Assembly: GCA_028023455.1 (NCBI GenBank) | Contig: JAQFVV010000010.1 | Location: 13,640,001-13,704,000, forward strand | DNA: 64,000 nt | Reading direction: 5' to 3' | DNA from: Epiperipatus broadwayi | Lineage: Eukaryota > Animalia > Onychophora | In this document: in pieces, positions 42,544-55,573 of the stretch | Position numbering within the stretch: the stretch's first letter is position 1 | Layout of the letters: each line of letters starts with the position of its first letter | Position numbers and translations under genes: made by a program | The notes under the pieces: model-generated | Told to the model about the DNA's origin: nothing | Seen by the model: only the letters and a program-made list of their open reading frames with translations | The model's database searches: none

Positions 42544-45500
42544 GTCTGGACACCATAAATCTCATTACTGCAAACAACACAGGCCCTACAATCCTCTTGG
42601 GTGACTTCAACCTGCAATATGATGTGTTCACATGGAAATATCTTCATCTCTTAGCCAGGGGTTTCATAAATTGCAGGTTTTTTCCCTGGGGATGCATACT
42701 CATTCTATACGAAGAGCTCTAAAATGCTGATTGACCTGATGTTTTACACCTCAGAACTGCACTATGGTCTGGAAGTCAAGCTTCAACCCGTTCTCTTCTC
42801 AGACCATCTTGCCCTAATAGCGTCTCTAGATCTGGACTCCTATGCTCCCATAGACTTCAATAAAACAATCAGAATTATAACTAAAGCTGCTGCCATGGAA
42901 GCTGTTTTCTCAGATGCCTACATACTCTAAAAAAATTAACATTCTGAACATAAATCCAGAGGAGGTCTGGTTCGCCTTCACAGGCATCCACCAAACTGTA
43001 ATCATACTGCACACCAAGAAACGGTCAACAACCCTTCAGACCATCTTTCCCTAATAGCATCTCTAGATATGGACTGCTATGCTCTCATAGACTTCAATAA
43101 AACAATCAGAATTATAACTAAAGCTGCTATCGCAGAAGCTGTTTTCTCAGATGCCTACATACTCTAAAAAAATTAACATTCTGAACATAAATCCAGAGGA
43201 GGCCTGGTTCGCCTTCACAGGCATCCTCCAAACCATAATACAGCACACCGAGAAATAAAGGGTCAACAACCCTTATGAATGAGCTTAATCTGCTACACCA
43301 TAGGATTAAAAATTTCTCAAGTGATGTTACTATAGACAATCTATTACTTAAAACAGTATATGCAGAGCAAGCTGTGATTGCTGAAATAATTGCAACAAAG
43401 AATGCTAGGTTATACTTACCTGGCCAACACTGCTGGATGCGTGTCTAATTCCTTTGTCCCTCCTCATCAGTGGTAGCCATGTCTGGCAACCAAATGCTCA
43501 TCCAAATAGTCATTTCAAAAAATGTCTTCAAACTGTTCCCTACCCCACAAATCAGGGCATGAGGCATCACAAAACAATGAACATGGAATAACAATATCAA
43601 ACATCAAAAACCGCTCTGCCTCCCAATGTCCATCCAGGACTACACAGCATCCCCAAGTTCATGCTTACGTACCTTGAGAATTTCACTGCTCTCATAGTCT
43701 TAAAACTAATTAATCATCTTGCAGACAGTAAAAGAAATATACCTAAACTTTACCCCATAATGATGGTCAGCTTAAGAAAAACCAGGACCCATCTGCTCTC
43801 TCTAGCATAAGGCCAATCTCTATGACCCCAATTCTTTTTAAGGTCATTGAAGGGGTGATCAAGGAGAAAATACAAGATGTTATTCTGGACAACATATCCC
43901 AGTTGCAATTCACAAATAAGGGCTCGTCTACACTGCGATCGGGGAGGTAAAAATCCTATGGTCATATCAGATCCAATAATCTATACAAACCCATTGCTGT
44001 TCAATTGGACATCTCAGGCATTTGACTCAGTAGATGTCAACATCCTGCTCAATCTATACAAACCCATTGCTGTTCAGTTGAACATGTCAGGCATTTGACT
44101 CAGATGTCAACATCCTTCTCAATAATCTATACAAACCCATTGCTGTTCAGTTGAATATCTCGGGCGTTTGACTCGGTAGGTATCAACATCCTGCTCAATT
44201 GTGTCTCAGTTCTAGAAATTCTTACTCAAACCATTCAGATATTGGACAATCTACTAAATAGATTGGTCCACATTTCCCTGAATGGTTTTGTTCCTTTGAG
44301 ATCCATACCCCAAGGATCTCCACTTAGTGGTCTCCATTCATCTACCCAAATCCCCTTAAACAGAATGTGACAGGGCTTCCAGGAATCTGTACCCCTGCTG
44401 AAAAAACACTAAAGCATTCGGCTACATGGATGATGTACTTTTGTCATTGTATCTTCCCAAAAATATCTAAAACCCCTCATCCAAATTATTAAATTTTCTG
44501 AATTCTCCAAACTTTCCTTCAACCTGAACAAGTCAACAGCCTGGAAAATCAGCACCAGCAAGAAGATCTCATCGCCTTTCTCAGCAGACCCCCAAAGCTT
44601 TTTGGGGTTCCCCATATACAAGTCGCCACCAGCCATGTCAATACAAATACAGAATTCCATCATTGAAGCTGCCACCAACACAGTTAAAAACCTTGTCACG
44701 GTTTACCTATCTCTGCAAGGGGAAATCTCTTCAACAAGATAATGGCGAAGATTAGCTACTATCTACTCATCATAAACATGACAGACATTCAACACCAAAA
44801 TCAACCGAATCTGTGCATGGCTTTTATGGAATGGTAAAACAGCGGCCATAGGAATTTAATGCATGCAGCGGCATAGTAAAAATAATGGTATGTCATTGCA
44901 TGCTACTTTCTCAATATATTACCAAAAATGTCACTGATCCACATCCTCCAAAAGAAATTTCCCCTGATTGTAACTGAACAACCAGTCATTCTGTCAGACA
45001 GACCACCCTCAAAGAATAAGCTGGCTAAATTAGGTACTTGGCTACCTTTTCGCTCACAAAGGCCATTCGACCCTAGTATTCGGACAGAAAATCTATTTGG
45101 GATGCTCATGACCTCCACCCTCAAAGAATAAGCTGGCTAAATCAGATACTTGGCTACCTTCTCACAATGGCCATTCAACCCTAGTATTCAAACAAAATCT
45201 ATTTGGGACACTCATGACCTGGTATTCCCCACCCAAAACTACCCTTCCTTACCTTGATGGTCACCAGGTTTTTCAAACCAGAACCGAGATTCCTGGACTT
45301 GTGATCACACCTGGATTCACTCCAGACGAACTGGTTCCTGCACTACAGGAGATTCTTCAAGAACATAGATCCTACATGTCACAACTGCTACAGAACCTCC
45401 AAAACCTTTGACCACATGATAAATGATTACCTGGCATATGACAAAATCAAAACATTCATTGCTCACAACTGCCACATTTCCTTGTACAAAATATTAGATA

Positions 45501-45809
45501 TCAAGAGCTGCTTTCTGTCTAGGGATTATGTCATATCAAAACTTTCAACCTTCATCACTTATGCCACCTGGATGGTCAGATGTCTCAACAAGTTTACCAT
45601 TCCTTATTCCAAGCCTGAAGACATTCATTTCTAAGTTGAAGGAATTTTGCCATAAGGACAGTATCATCTCATCCAGGTTTTTATTTGACAACACATGGAG
45701 CCTGATTAAGCTGAATTAAACAACACCATTAAGCACATCAGATCATCTGGTTGCCCAAGCAACATGGATTACTTTTATTTTATTTACAATTGTATCATTC
45801 TTACATATG
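42544..45809 (+). mobile_element. Degenerate non-LTR retrotransposon with APE endonuclease and RT (clade uncertain, L1/Tx1-like)
   Basis: ILLGDFN, SDHL (APE); RPIS, LDI..AFDSV, PQGSPLSG, FGYMDDV, NLNKS (RT); many frameshifts. Confidence 0.85.
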
Positions 45810-46150
45810 TTCCATTTTTTACAAATTGGTCACAAACCTGACTTTGACAATGCAAAAATGCTTGCTAATTTGGAGAGATATAATTTGAGAACCATGAGAG
45901 AGTCAATTGAAATATTAAAGAGACCTACTGGTTTAAATAGGGCTGATGAAGCACAACCATATGGAAACCTCTCGTTTTATCTATTTCTTCTAATATTGAC
46001 TTTAAATTGATGGGTGGTAAAACTAAGAAATATACATTTGGATAAACCTCATATTCTGAATACTAAACTATTTCAAACTGATTCTCATGCTTCATCTCGC
46101 ACTCAGTCACGTTACAGTTTGAGATCGAACAAATTTTCTTTCAAGAGTTT

Positions 46151-46190
46151 ACCTTGATAATGGTGGATGCTAGTTCGCCGAAATATTGGT
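46151..46190 (+). ncRNA. Minimal hammerhead motif with U3-A8 core variant in a Penelope pLTR
   Basis: acc TTGATAA t ggtgga tgctag ttcgcc GAAA tatt ggt; 6-bp stem II and 3-bp stem I; AATAAA follows. Confidence 0.65.
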
Positions 46191-47883
46191 ATATAATAAA
46201 AAATAACACAGGTTTTACCCAAAAAATCATTTATATGGTTGTAATGTATAAAAAATTTTAATTCCTGAAAGAAAAAATGAGATATTGGAATCACAGTTGC
46301 ACTTGTGTGAACAGACCTTGTATATTGGTTATAGTTAATGTAGAGAGATACTAAAATAACTGGTCTCAAAGATTTTCCCTCTCGCATGTGTCGGCCATAT
46401 AATTTTTAAATGTAAATGCATTTTTACACCATTTTTCAGGTTCATATATTGCTTTCAATGCCTCAAACAAAAAGATCTAAATTTAATTATAATGAATATT
46501 TAAAAGCATCTTTTCAGTCTTAATCCATCAATAATTTTTTAGTTTTTATGTTTGACATTGAAATTCGCTTTTAAGTTTCTATTCATTATGAAGTTCGATA
46601 AAATGCCAAATGTTTTTTTAATCAAGTCATTAATAATAAGATCATTGTCAAAAAGTCAATCCATGCTGTTAAAGATATTTGAGTTTATTAATCTTGCTCT
46701 TTTATAAACAGTAAAATAAGAAAATGGAGAAAGTGCGATGAAAGCTAAAGGGATTATCAAACTAGATAATTGTTGGATGGTAAAGGTTTAAAGATTGCCT
46801 TTTACTGTTAGAAAAGTTAGATACCCAATTGCCACATAATAATTGAATAACTATTTAAAACAAAAATTCCAGGCCTGTTTATAATCTCAAAAATAATATT
46901 GATTTTCACATGGTCCAGGTTCAAACTGCAGGTAAACTTGCTAATCATTATACCATAGCTATTTCATCTAAAGCTGATAGTTAACATGGATGATATTGTA
47001 AGAGGGTATTAATATTCAAAGAGCAATAGTTTTCATATATTTGTATGCCTTAATTTTGCATATGATTTGTAAGTTCTCCAAATGATTGATATTTAATGGA
47101 AATTTCACATTTTTTTCCCCATGCTATTCAAGTTAATGATTTATAGAGTGTATGTAAATAACATGTTCTCGAAAGTTCTGAGAGATATGGAAAATATTGA
47201 TACAGGGGGTGCCAGTTATGCAAATATGTGGAAAAGTAGCATTGAGAAAAAAAATTGATAACCATATCTAAAAGAATGAATATATAGGTCTTCAAAATAA
47301 TCTTGAGGAATATCAAAAAAAATATATATATTTAACTGTTTTAAAATGCAAATACACTTAACATTTTTTAAATTTTTGCATTACCATAGTTTAAATTGAT
47401 ATATCACTTGTTTTCTTGTTATATTACTTTTGTTCATTAGAGGAGCAACACTACTTTTCCCTGATTTATATTCAAAAAATAATATCGATGCAATTATATA
47501 CATATTGTAATCTGTATTTTTGTTTTATGCTTTTTAGGGATCTTTCTAGCTGTAATTTTTTATGTCAATGTTTAAGTTTTGCAAGATCATTATCTTCTGT
47601 AGTATTTTCTATTTTATCAGCTTTATTACAGTTCAATCCATTCAAGGAAAATGCACAAAGTGTTCCATCGTGCAACATAAACTATTATCAAATTATTCTG
47701 CTTTCATTGAATAGGTTTTATAATTACTAGCAATCTTTTCAATCATGATATTTTAATATGAACATCTTTGTAATTTTTATACCATCTGATCAAACCGTGG
47801 CTTGCGAGCTGCATGCATCTCTTGAGATAGTCCAATTATTTCTTATTAAACTTTAATTTACATTTTATCTTGAAACCATATAC

Positions 47884-48924
47884 TGTAACGGTCATATTTG
47901 TACATTCACAGTTTTGGAAAATTATCCAAAGGCTGATCTAGATGAGAAGTTGAGACCTCAAATCAGATCACACGTCGGTTCCTTCACCCCCAATGGATGA
48001 CATGAGGCCACACTTGGGAGTTCCTTAATTCACGTGCGGACAGTAGCAAAGGGTGGAATTTGAGACTGGGAATAAATGACTAAATTACATAAATAACTAA
48101 ACACATCTATGGCTAATTAGATAATGAATATTTGAACTTTAACATGGTAATTTAGAATATTTAAATGAATGGTAATGAGCTTTGAATAAGACATTGAACC
48201 TGAGCACGTTATATATATTTGAGAAATCAATAATATGGCAATAGGTATGAGGTTACATAGCAGGTATATAATGATGAGTGAATGGGTTCAAAATCTCATC
48301 TCTACATTTTATCAATTATTACCACTATTAATTTAGTTATCTACAATTAATATGCCTGGCTTATGCTATGTCATGCCCAGGTTTGCTAAGATTAACATAC
48401 AAGAATAACATTAAATATAACGTAATTATTTATAGTACATAATGAGTCATAAGTGTGCTCCCTATGCAGAATCGTTTATATAAACTAGATCTGGAGTTCA
48501 GATCAATGCTGAACTGAATAATAGAGGATGACGAACTGGCAATTTATAGCGTAACTTCCGAGACTATGGCACTACATAAACTAATAAGGATTGTGAGTCA
48601 AATGTGCAGTTACTCATGGGATTCAGCACCAAGTACTCTGTTCCTGAACCATATGACTTGCTATAAAGTATAACCTTTAGTTTGGGTGATCGGAGCAGCT
48701 TAATATACGGTTCTGGGTCCTCGTGTTCTAGTTCTAAAAGAGAGCTGTCCGAACTATGAATAATGGGGTGGCCCTTAAAACCAAAGCCCATTTTAATAAG
48801 ACTAGCAAGGTGTAATGCACAGATGTGCTTCCTAATGACACAGTCACAACGCTTTCCAAATATAACATTAATAAAGTGCTAAATCTGTAGTTTGATCTGC
48901 GAAACTACTATATGCCCGTTCGTA
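47884..48924 (+). mobile_element. Possible solo LTR (about 1040 bp)
   Basis: Starts TGTAACGGTCA, has a degenerate inverted end tgcccgttcgta and AATAAA about 50 bp before the end; no TSD found. Confidence 0.35.
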
Positions 48925-51900
48925 ATTTAGCATACTTAAAACATGCTAAAAAGGGTTAATTAAAATGGTATCTAGTTTACCAACTAGTCTATATAGTTCA
49001 TAATAATAAACTAAGCAGGAGTAAAGTATATCTGGGCTTAACTAGTTAATTACAATATGCTTCAATATCATTCTTGCTATTATTTAACTAAATATAATTA
49101 TTAAAAATACAAACCTGAATTATATTAAGCTAAAACATAGTAGCTTAACATATAAAAGTAGGTTTTCAGATTGGAGATTTATTTGTGTGCTAAAAAGCAA
49201 TATAAGATTATATGAGAGCATCTAATTGTCTACTGTTATGTTAGCAATCTTCGTCCTGAAAGATGGCATAGCATAACAAAACAATAAGTAATAAAGGCAT
49301 ATCTGCAGATTGAATAAATTAAGAATAACAAATAGTTATAATTTAACATAAATATTCATTTAACTTTTAATTAGGCAAGATTTTACAATATTTTATCAGA
49401 ATTTTAAATTATATTTTACAGATTTAAATGTGCTTTACTTAGTAGATCATTATTACAATTTAGAAGTTTGTGCACAATTAACCTTAGCTAGCTTAGAGTT
49501 TTAGATATTTATTACGATTTAGTTAAGAGCTCTGCGGGAGATTTAAATTACGAATCATCTTGCTGAGGTGGCTTGCATGGTGAGGCACTAATATTCACTG
49601 GTGGGTTGCTATTTTGGACTCCATCTCCTAGACCAAGTTTCCTTGCAAGAAAGATGGCAACAATAGGCCTTCTAACCTTGGGTCCTCATCGTAAACTTGG
49701 GCATAGTGTCTGGCTGTATTTGATTTGCAAAATGATGAGATTCAGACTTGAATTCAAACTGGGGTTTTTATAGCAAATCTTTCTCACTCCCTCACAAGTC
49801 ATTAAGTTGTTTACCATTTTTAGTTTTAAATTCTTAGGTTTTAATAACCTATTAAATTTTTAGCAAGACAAAAGATGCAGCTGGTGCTATTGCCAAGTAA
49901 TGCCAGTTCACTTTATTTTAAATCTTTGAAATTTTGGTTCTCTGTTTACAATTTAATGAGAGGTATTTCTGAGAAACCAATGACCTTGATTCTCTCTTTT
50001 TTTTAAAGAGATTTAAGTTGTCAACATTCTATATGTATAAGACATTTGTCACCCCTGGATTTAAGATGTATATGAGAACACAAATTTAATAACTTAAAAG
50101 ATATAATTTAGAAAAGTTGTAATGTTCACAAAATCTATCACCTTAAAGTTTCCTTCGCATATATATATACGTGCACTTCTACACATATAACAAGGTCTAC
50201 AACTTTAATGTAATCATTTTAAAAATTTAACTACATATACGTTACATGCATACTGATTTGATTAATTAATGTACGCAATATAAATACATGCACGTACTCA
50301 TTAATAGAGCTTATTATATACTAATCTATAATGGATTTTAAAGAATATACGTGAACTTGGATGGGTTTGAATTAGACAAAATATACTACTATAAAACTGG
50401 ATAGTGGATAAATACTGTTTCAATATGCTTTATTCTTTGTGGTGTCAATTTTATAATGATTGTTTACATTGCCAATTTTGATGTTTTTGTTGTTATTGCC
50501 TGGAAATATAATGCATTGTTTGAATTTATCAGTTCAGTTTTCATTTGGACTTTGTCAAGTGGAGTTGTTATTCTCTGTATAGTTTTAATTCAAAAGTCTG
50601 TATTCTTCTACTTTGACATTAAACATCAAATTCTAATTTGAGTATTGAACATAATAATTTTTAATTTATATTCAGAAAAATAAATTATTATTGTTCTAAG
50701 TAATCTCGTTTTAAAAGAAGCTGTTTGTAAACTCAATTTTTGAGACAAATATATTCTTGTGAATTACTATACTCAACAATTAAGTTTGTAAAATTATAAA
50801 TTGGGCACAAGTGAAGAATGAATACCTTACAGAACTATTTCATGCTTTGTTAACAAATTATATGCCATATTTTAATGCTCTTGTAAATCAGATAGTCATA
50901 ATAAGTTTTTATTGATTTTGTTTCATTTATTTTATTTTCTTGATTTTTTTTTGTATAATTAATAAATCATATTAATAAAAAAAATTTAATATAAAATATT
51001 TGCTGCTGAATACTTCAAAATTTAATTATACCTTTTGAATATATCACAGCTACAACACCTGGCTCTTGTAGATATGAAGTTTTACCACCCCTGCTGTATA
51101 CTATTATAAATATTACAGAACACTAATTAAAAATATTTAATCAAAACTAATTTATTTACTCTTTCCATAATTAGAATCATAACAACAACAAAAAAGATGT
51201 TTTTGTTTTTTTTAATTTTTAAAAGAAAAATGACTTCAATCAACATTTGGTCATTACTTTATTTAATTATGTTGAAATAAAACTACATACTATATCAAAG
51301 CTATTATTTAAATTTGTTAGCCACTTATTTTATTCAACAATTTTCTTCAAATAAAATTAATGTTTAATATTATTACTTGCCTTAACAAAGTAAAAAAAAA
51401 CGTGAGATTGCTGTTATGAATTGTGTATTTAATCTTTTTATAATATAATCACCAATTATTGTTCAAAACAATTTGAATTGTTAAATTACTTAATGAGTTG
51501 TGCTTGAGATTTATCAATATATAGTATATGGTTTTATTAAAATAACATGATTATATATTCTAAATTCTACTTCCAATTGATACTCTTAAAATCTAGCACA
51601 TTTTAAATAAATGTCTCATTATATATTTTGTTTGTTTTGTTATTTATATTGTGATATTTTTGAATTCAAATATAATTTATTTTGACAAAATTATCAGTGA
51701 AAAATAATAATCCAAAAAAAATTATCATCTTTTTATCAAAGTAGTACACAATCTTCTCTGCTACTATTTCCTCTAACAGCCATGTTAAACGCTTGAGTAA
51801 TCATTGATTGCTGAGTGATAATGTTATTCAAATCTCCAAACTAATTGTGGATATCAGAGATCAATATATCGATTGTTATCAGTGTACACTAGATGGCAGT

Positions 51901-52159
51901 ACTGCATCCAAATCTCATGATTTTGGAATAGAATGAATTACTGCTAATACAGGTGTTTATGTTATTAATCATCAATCAGGAAGTCCAAGAAACCTTTAAA
52001 CACCAGAATAGTATAGCACAACAGTTGTATCTAATTTATTAGAAAATCCTTCACTCTTATCTCAAGTATAAATTGAGCTAGTCACTTTTATCACTTACAA
52101 TTACTCTGAATAATTATGCCACTGATAAAGATTTATGCTGACTCAAATTGTTCCATATC

Positions 52160-52790
52160 TCGTCAAGGCCAGAAACTAGTCTGGGGATATTGGATGAGTA
52201 GGCACTAGATGGGGATTTTATGCACAAGCCTACTGGCATCCATTGATTACTCTGGTTTGCACTGGGTGGCAATACATATATAGGGTTTTGCCTGTTTTAA
52301 TAACAGTTATGAGCAAGCATAAGAAAGGGTGATCATGTAATGTTTATTGGCTTAAAACCAATCCTGCCTAATAGGATAGTGGTGGCGATGGTTATTAAAG
52401 AACCAAAGACACCAAAATGTATAGGTACTGAACTGAGTTCAGACCTATATGACTATATAAGCTAATGGGCTTGGATTGAAAATATGGTGTTTTCAATTTA
52501 GGACTCATAGTTTTGTAGTTAAGTAGAGATAAAAGGTGGCTGCTTGAGGATTGCATTAGATCCTAAGATCTAGGTGCAGTGCTCTCAGATCCAAGACTCC
52601 TCACTGACAAAAGCCACATGTCAGAAACTAGTCTGAGGATATTGGATGAGTAGGCCCTAGATGGGGGTTTTATGCACAAGTCTTCTAGCATCCATTTATT
52701 GGGTGGCAATATGTATAGAGAGTTTTGCCTGTTTAAATAAGTTATGAGCAAGCATAAGAAATGGTGATCATATGGTGTTTGTTGTACATG
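52160..52790 (+). mobile_element. Family A element of about 1.4 units (period 452 bp), retrozyme-like
   Basis: agaaactagtctg at 52171 and 52623 starts direct repeats of about 170-190 bp separated by a non-coding spacer. Confidence 0.85.
52599..52638 (+). ncRNA. Family A hammerhead motif, core mutated (CUGACAA)
   Basis: cctca CTGACAA aagccacatgtca GAAA cta GTC tgagg; perfect 5-bp stem I cctca/tgagg. Confidence 0.65.
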
Positions 52791-52934
52791 AATGGAGTTG
52801 ATTATGGAAAAATAAGGTCAGGCATGTGTTAATAATAAGTTATACTATATTGAATTTTAATAATTAGTATAACTATATAATATTATTTACACCATTATTC
52901 ACTTTCCAGTGCAATTTATTCCTTTGTTTTGTTT

Positions 52935-52970
52935 TATAGTTTCAACTCTACAGCAGTCATCATCAGACCT
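52935..52970 (-). ncRNA. Hammerhead-like motif, third family
   Basis: Minus strand reads ggt CTGATGA t gact gctgtag agtt GAAA ctata; shares the upstream flank atatatttgaatattgta with the 3868-3906 copy. Confidence 0.55.
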
Positions 52971-53483
52971 ACAATATTCAAATATATATATATATAACTA
53001 ATTAATGCTTATTTATACATATGTATTTATATATAATTATAAACAAAGAATTCCATTTATACACTATTAAGGCAATACAAAAGATCACCTATTTATTTAC
53101 ATTCACTAGAGATGACAAATTTGAAAAAGATAGTATAAAAATTATTATTTATATTATCAATAGAAGAAAAATAAAGAAAAGCAGTATTAGGTCAACTTTA
53201 ATTATATAGGTTTGAAAATGTTAATTCTATTACAATATTATTTATTAATTAAATATACATAGATTGGAAATTAAAATATGCATGCATAGATAAACGCTAA
53301 TTATATGGCATATGTATTTCGATATTATAGCTCTGATTATAACTGTTGGTCAGTTAAAAACGCAAACAAATATATTTTATTAGATTGCATTGTAAAGTGA
53401 GGAATGAAGGTATAAATGGTATTACATAGATGCTAATGTATTGAATTTTTATTTACATAATACCATTACAATTTTCAACTAAT

Positions 53484-53676
53484 AACTGAAATACAGGCTT
53501 ATTATATACCTGTATCAATATATGTAATATATAGGGTATGTGAGCACAGACTTTCACATGACTCTCCACTCTATCTCATAACACATACACTTGAACACAT
53601 GCCAAAAAGATAAATAATCACCAATAGACGTATTTCATCCTAAAGCAGCAATCATCAGTTGGTCCAGATTATCATG
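53484..53676 (-). mobile_element. Family H partial copy
   Basis: Aligns with 60229-60435. Confidence 0.85.
53620..53663 (-). ncRNA. Minimal type-I hammerhead motif (family H)
   Basis: Minus strand reads accaa CTGATGA ttgctgctttaggat GAAA tacgtc TA ttggt. Confidence 0.65.
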
Positions 53677-54307
53677 TAAAAAAAATTCTGCCTTTATGCT
53701 TTAAAAGTAATGTAGCTTGTAAATGGATGTTGAACTTGAGAATTTGCTAAAATGTAAATTAATTTAAATTGGGCATTATGTGACAAAAAATAAAATTAAT
53801 AATAAGGAATTTGACAAAAGCATTTGTAATTTCAAAAGAAACAAATCGAATGAACATCTCAGATAAAGAATAAAATGTTTAAAAACTCAAAGAGGAAATT
53901 TTGATTTGTTTATGAAAAGTAAGATCTGATAGAAAACATATTCATAGACAAGGTGGTGGAATAAAATTAGTAAATAGTCAAAATACAGTGAAGAGTTGAA
54001 ATGTTTGCAAAGTATCTAGTATTGGATTAAAATTAATTTTATCTGAAAATGTTTGGGTAGACTGAATACCATTACTTGGAAAGGCACAAATTTAAGAAAA
54101 TTTTTCGATCAGATATTTATGGTATAGCACAAATATTTACTAATATTGCAATTTTGATAATGCACCAATTTAAAAAATTATTGATAAATATCAAGCCCAA
54201 GAGTGCTTATCTAATACTCTAAATGAATATTTGTATTATGTATGCATTCTTAACTGTTTTCAAAAAAGTTTGAAATTCTATGCTAAACATTTATTCTCAA
54301 AACAGCT

Positions 54308-54645
54308 TTGGTGGTCAGCACAGCTGCCTTACAAGCTGTTGTTCCGGGTTTGCGGGTTCCCTTCCCGGCCGATGGTTTGACACATGAAAAAAAAAAATCA
54401 TCTTTTAATCTTTAATCATTTTTACGTCTCTCTACTATCATGTTGTAACAAACATGCATAGTTTATAATTTATACAGAAAACCTCATTCATGAAAAAGTT
54501 GAATTTTCAACTATGTGCAAACTATAAAAGCAAAACATTATACTATTTTTTTTTTCTCATGTGTCATAGCATCAGCCGGGAAGTGAACCCGCTAACCGGG
54601 GACAACTGCTTGTAAAACAGATGTCACTGACCTCTCGACCACCAA
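54308..54645. repeat. Inverted pair of tRNA(Val)-like SINE heads
   Basis: About 90-bp arms with an A-box-like tggtcgagaggt, a ctg(cc/tt)ttacaagc(a/t)g anticodon-arm-like segment and a B-box-like gggttc...cccggc, followed by an A-run. Confidence 0.65.
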
Positions 54646-55418
54646 TGTATTTGTCATCAAATGAAGGGCAATGGCCCCCAGTCTTGGATCACGACAAGTT
54701 CTACAGAGTGAATGCTTTGCAACAGTGTAAAAAGAATATAGCTATGTATAGATAAACATGTTCAATTGTATCTAATAAATTTTAATTTATTTTTTTAAAA
54801 AAATAATGGTGAATTATTTAATAGCTCTAAAGATTGCAAAACAACTATGAGCATTGTGATAAAATAATATAACAAGCATTAAATTTTTTTGCTATTCAAA
54901 TTAAATAATGGATTTTTTTTATATCTAATTAATTTTTTAAGCAATATTATTAATAAATTATATTAACAAATTTCTTTAAATTTTGTTTAATTAACACAGT
55001 TCACTGTAGTTGTTTTCTTAATAGTTTTTCTAAAGCAGCAAATACAGAAATATTTTTTAATCATTTTTCTTTTTTTTACTGCAATATTAATTTGAGTGAT
55101 TTTATGCAAATCGGCAAAATTTCTTAATCCTAAAAGCATGATAGTATTCAATCTATAATATAATCTGATCATTTTTGATGATAGGTTAACATTGTTTTTC
55201 ACTCTACTGGAACTCACAAAACAAAAATTATACTATTATATCTTAGCCTAAAGAAGACAGAAATCTAAGTTTCTATATATAATATTAGAATAAACTTTGT
55301 AAATTATATAAAACAATCACAAAAGGGTGGTAGTCACCATTAGAACGACAGATTTAAGCAAATTAAGATTATATAAATTTTTTCTTAATATCAAGAGTAT
55401 TTTTATATATCCAAATAA

Positions 55419-55573
55419 AAAGGGACTTGAACTCAGACTTTCAAATTCTTTAAAGCTATGCACTCCATCTTATATAACTGATACACATGGCCACATGTTG
55501 AGTGCCTAGCTGCAAAGAGTTTAAAGCTGGGTTCAAGTCCCTTCTAATTACACTAATACTTATATAGGAATAG
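55419..55573. mobile_element. Family H short self-inverted insertion
   Basis: Inverted aagggacttgaac/gttcaagtccctt; 15-bp TSD tatatatccaaataa at 55404-18 and 55574-88. Confidence 0.8.

Larger units (their letters stand above)
42186..46234 (+). mobile_element. Penelope-like element 3' part; right arm of the foldback, interrupted by a LINE
   Basis: 42300-42543 and 45810-46234 are the reverse complement of the left arm (roughly 85-90% identity by eye). Confidence 0.9.

Noticed and set aside
45938-45975. ctgatga...gaaa as a hammerhead
   Set aside because: It lies in PLE coding sequence (NRADE), and GAAA is not conserved in the sister arm.
46400-47830. hAT C-terminal remnant and TIR-like gtggcttgcgagctgcatg at about 47795
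   Set aside because: The similarity is weak, and orientation and extent could not be reconciled.
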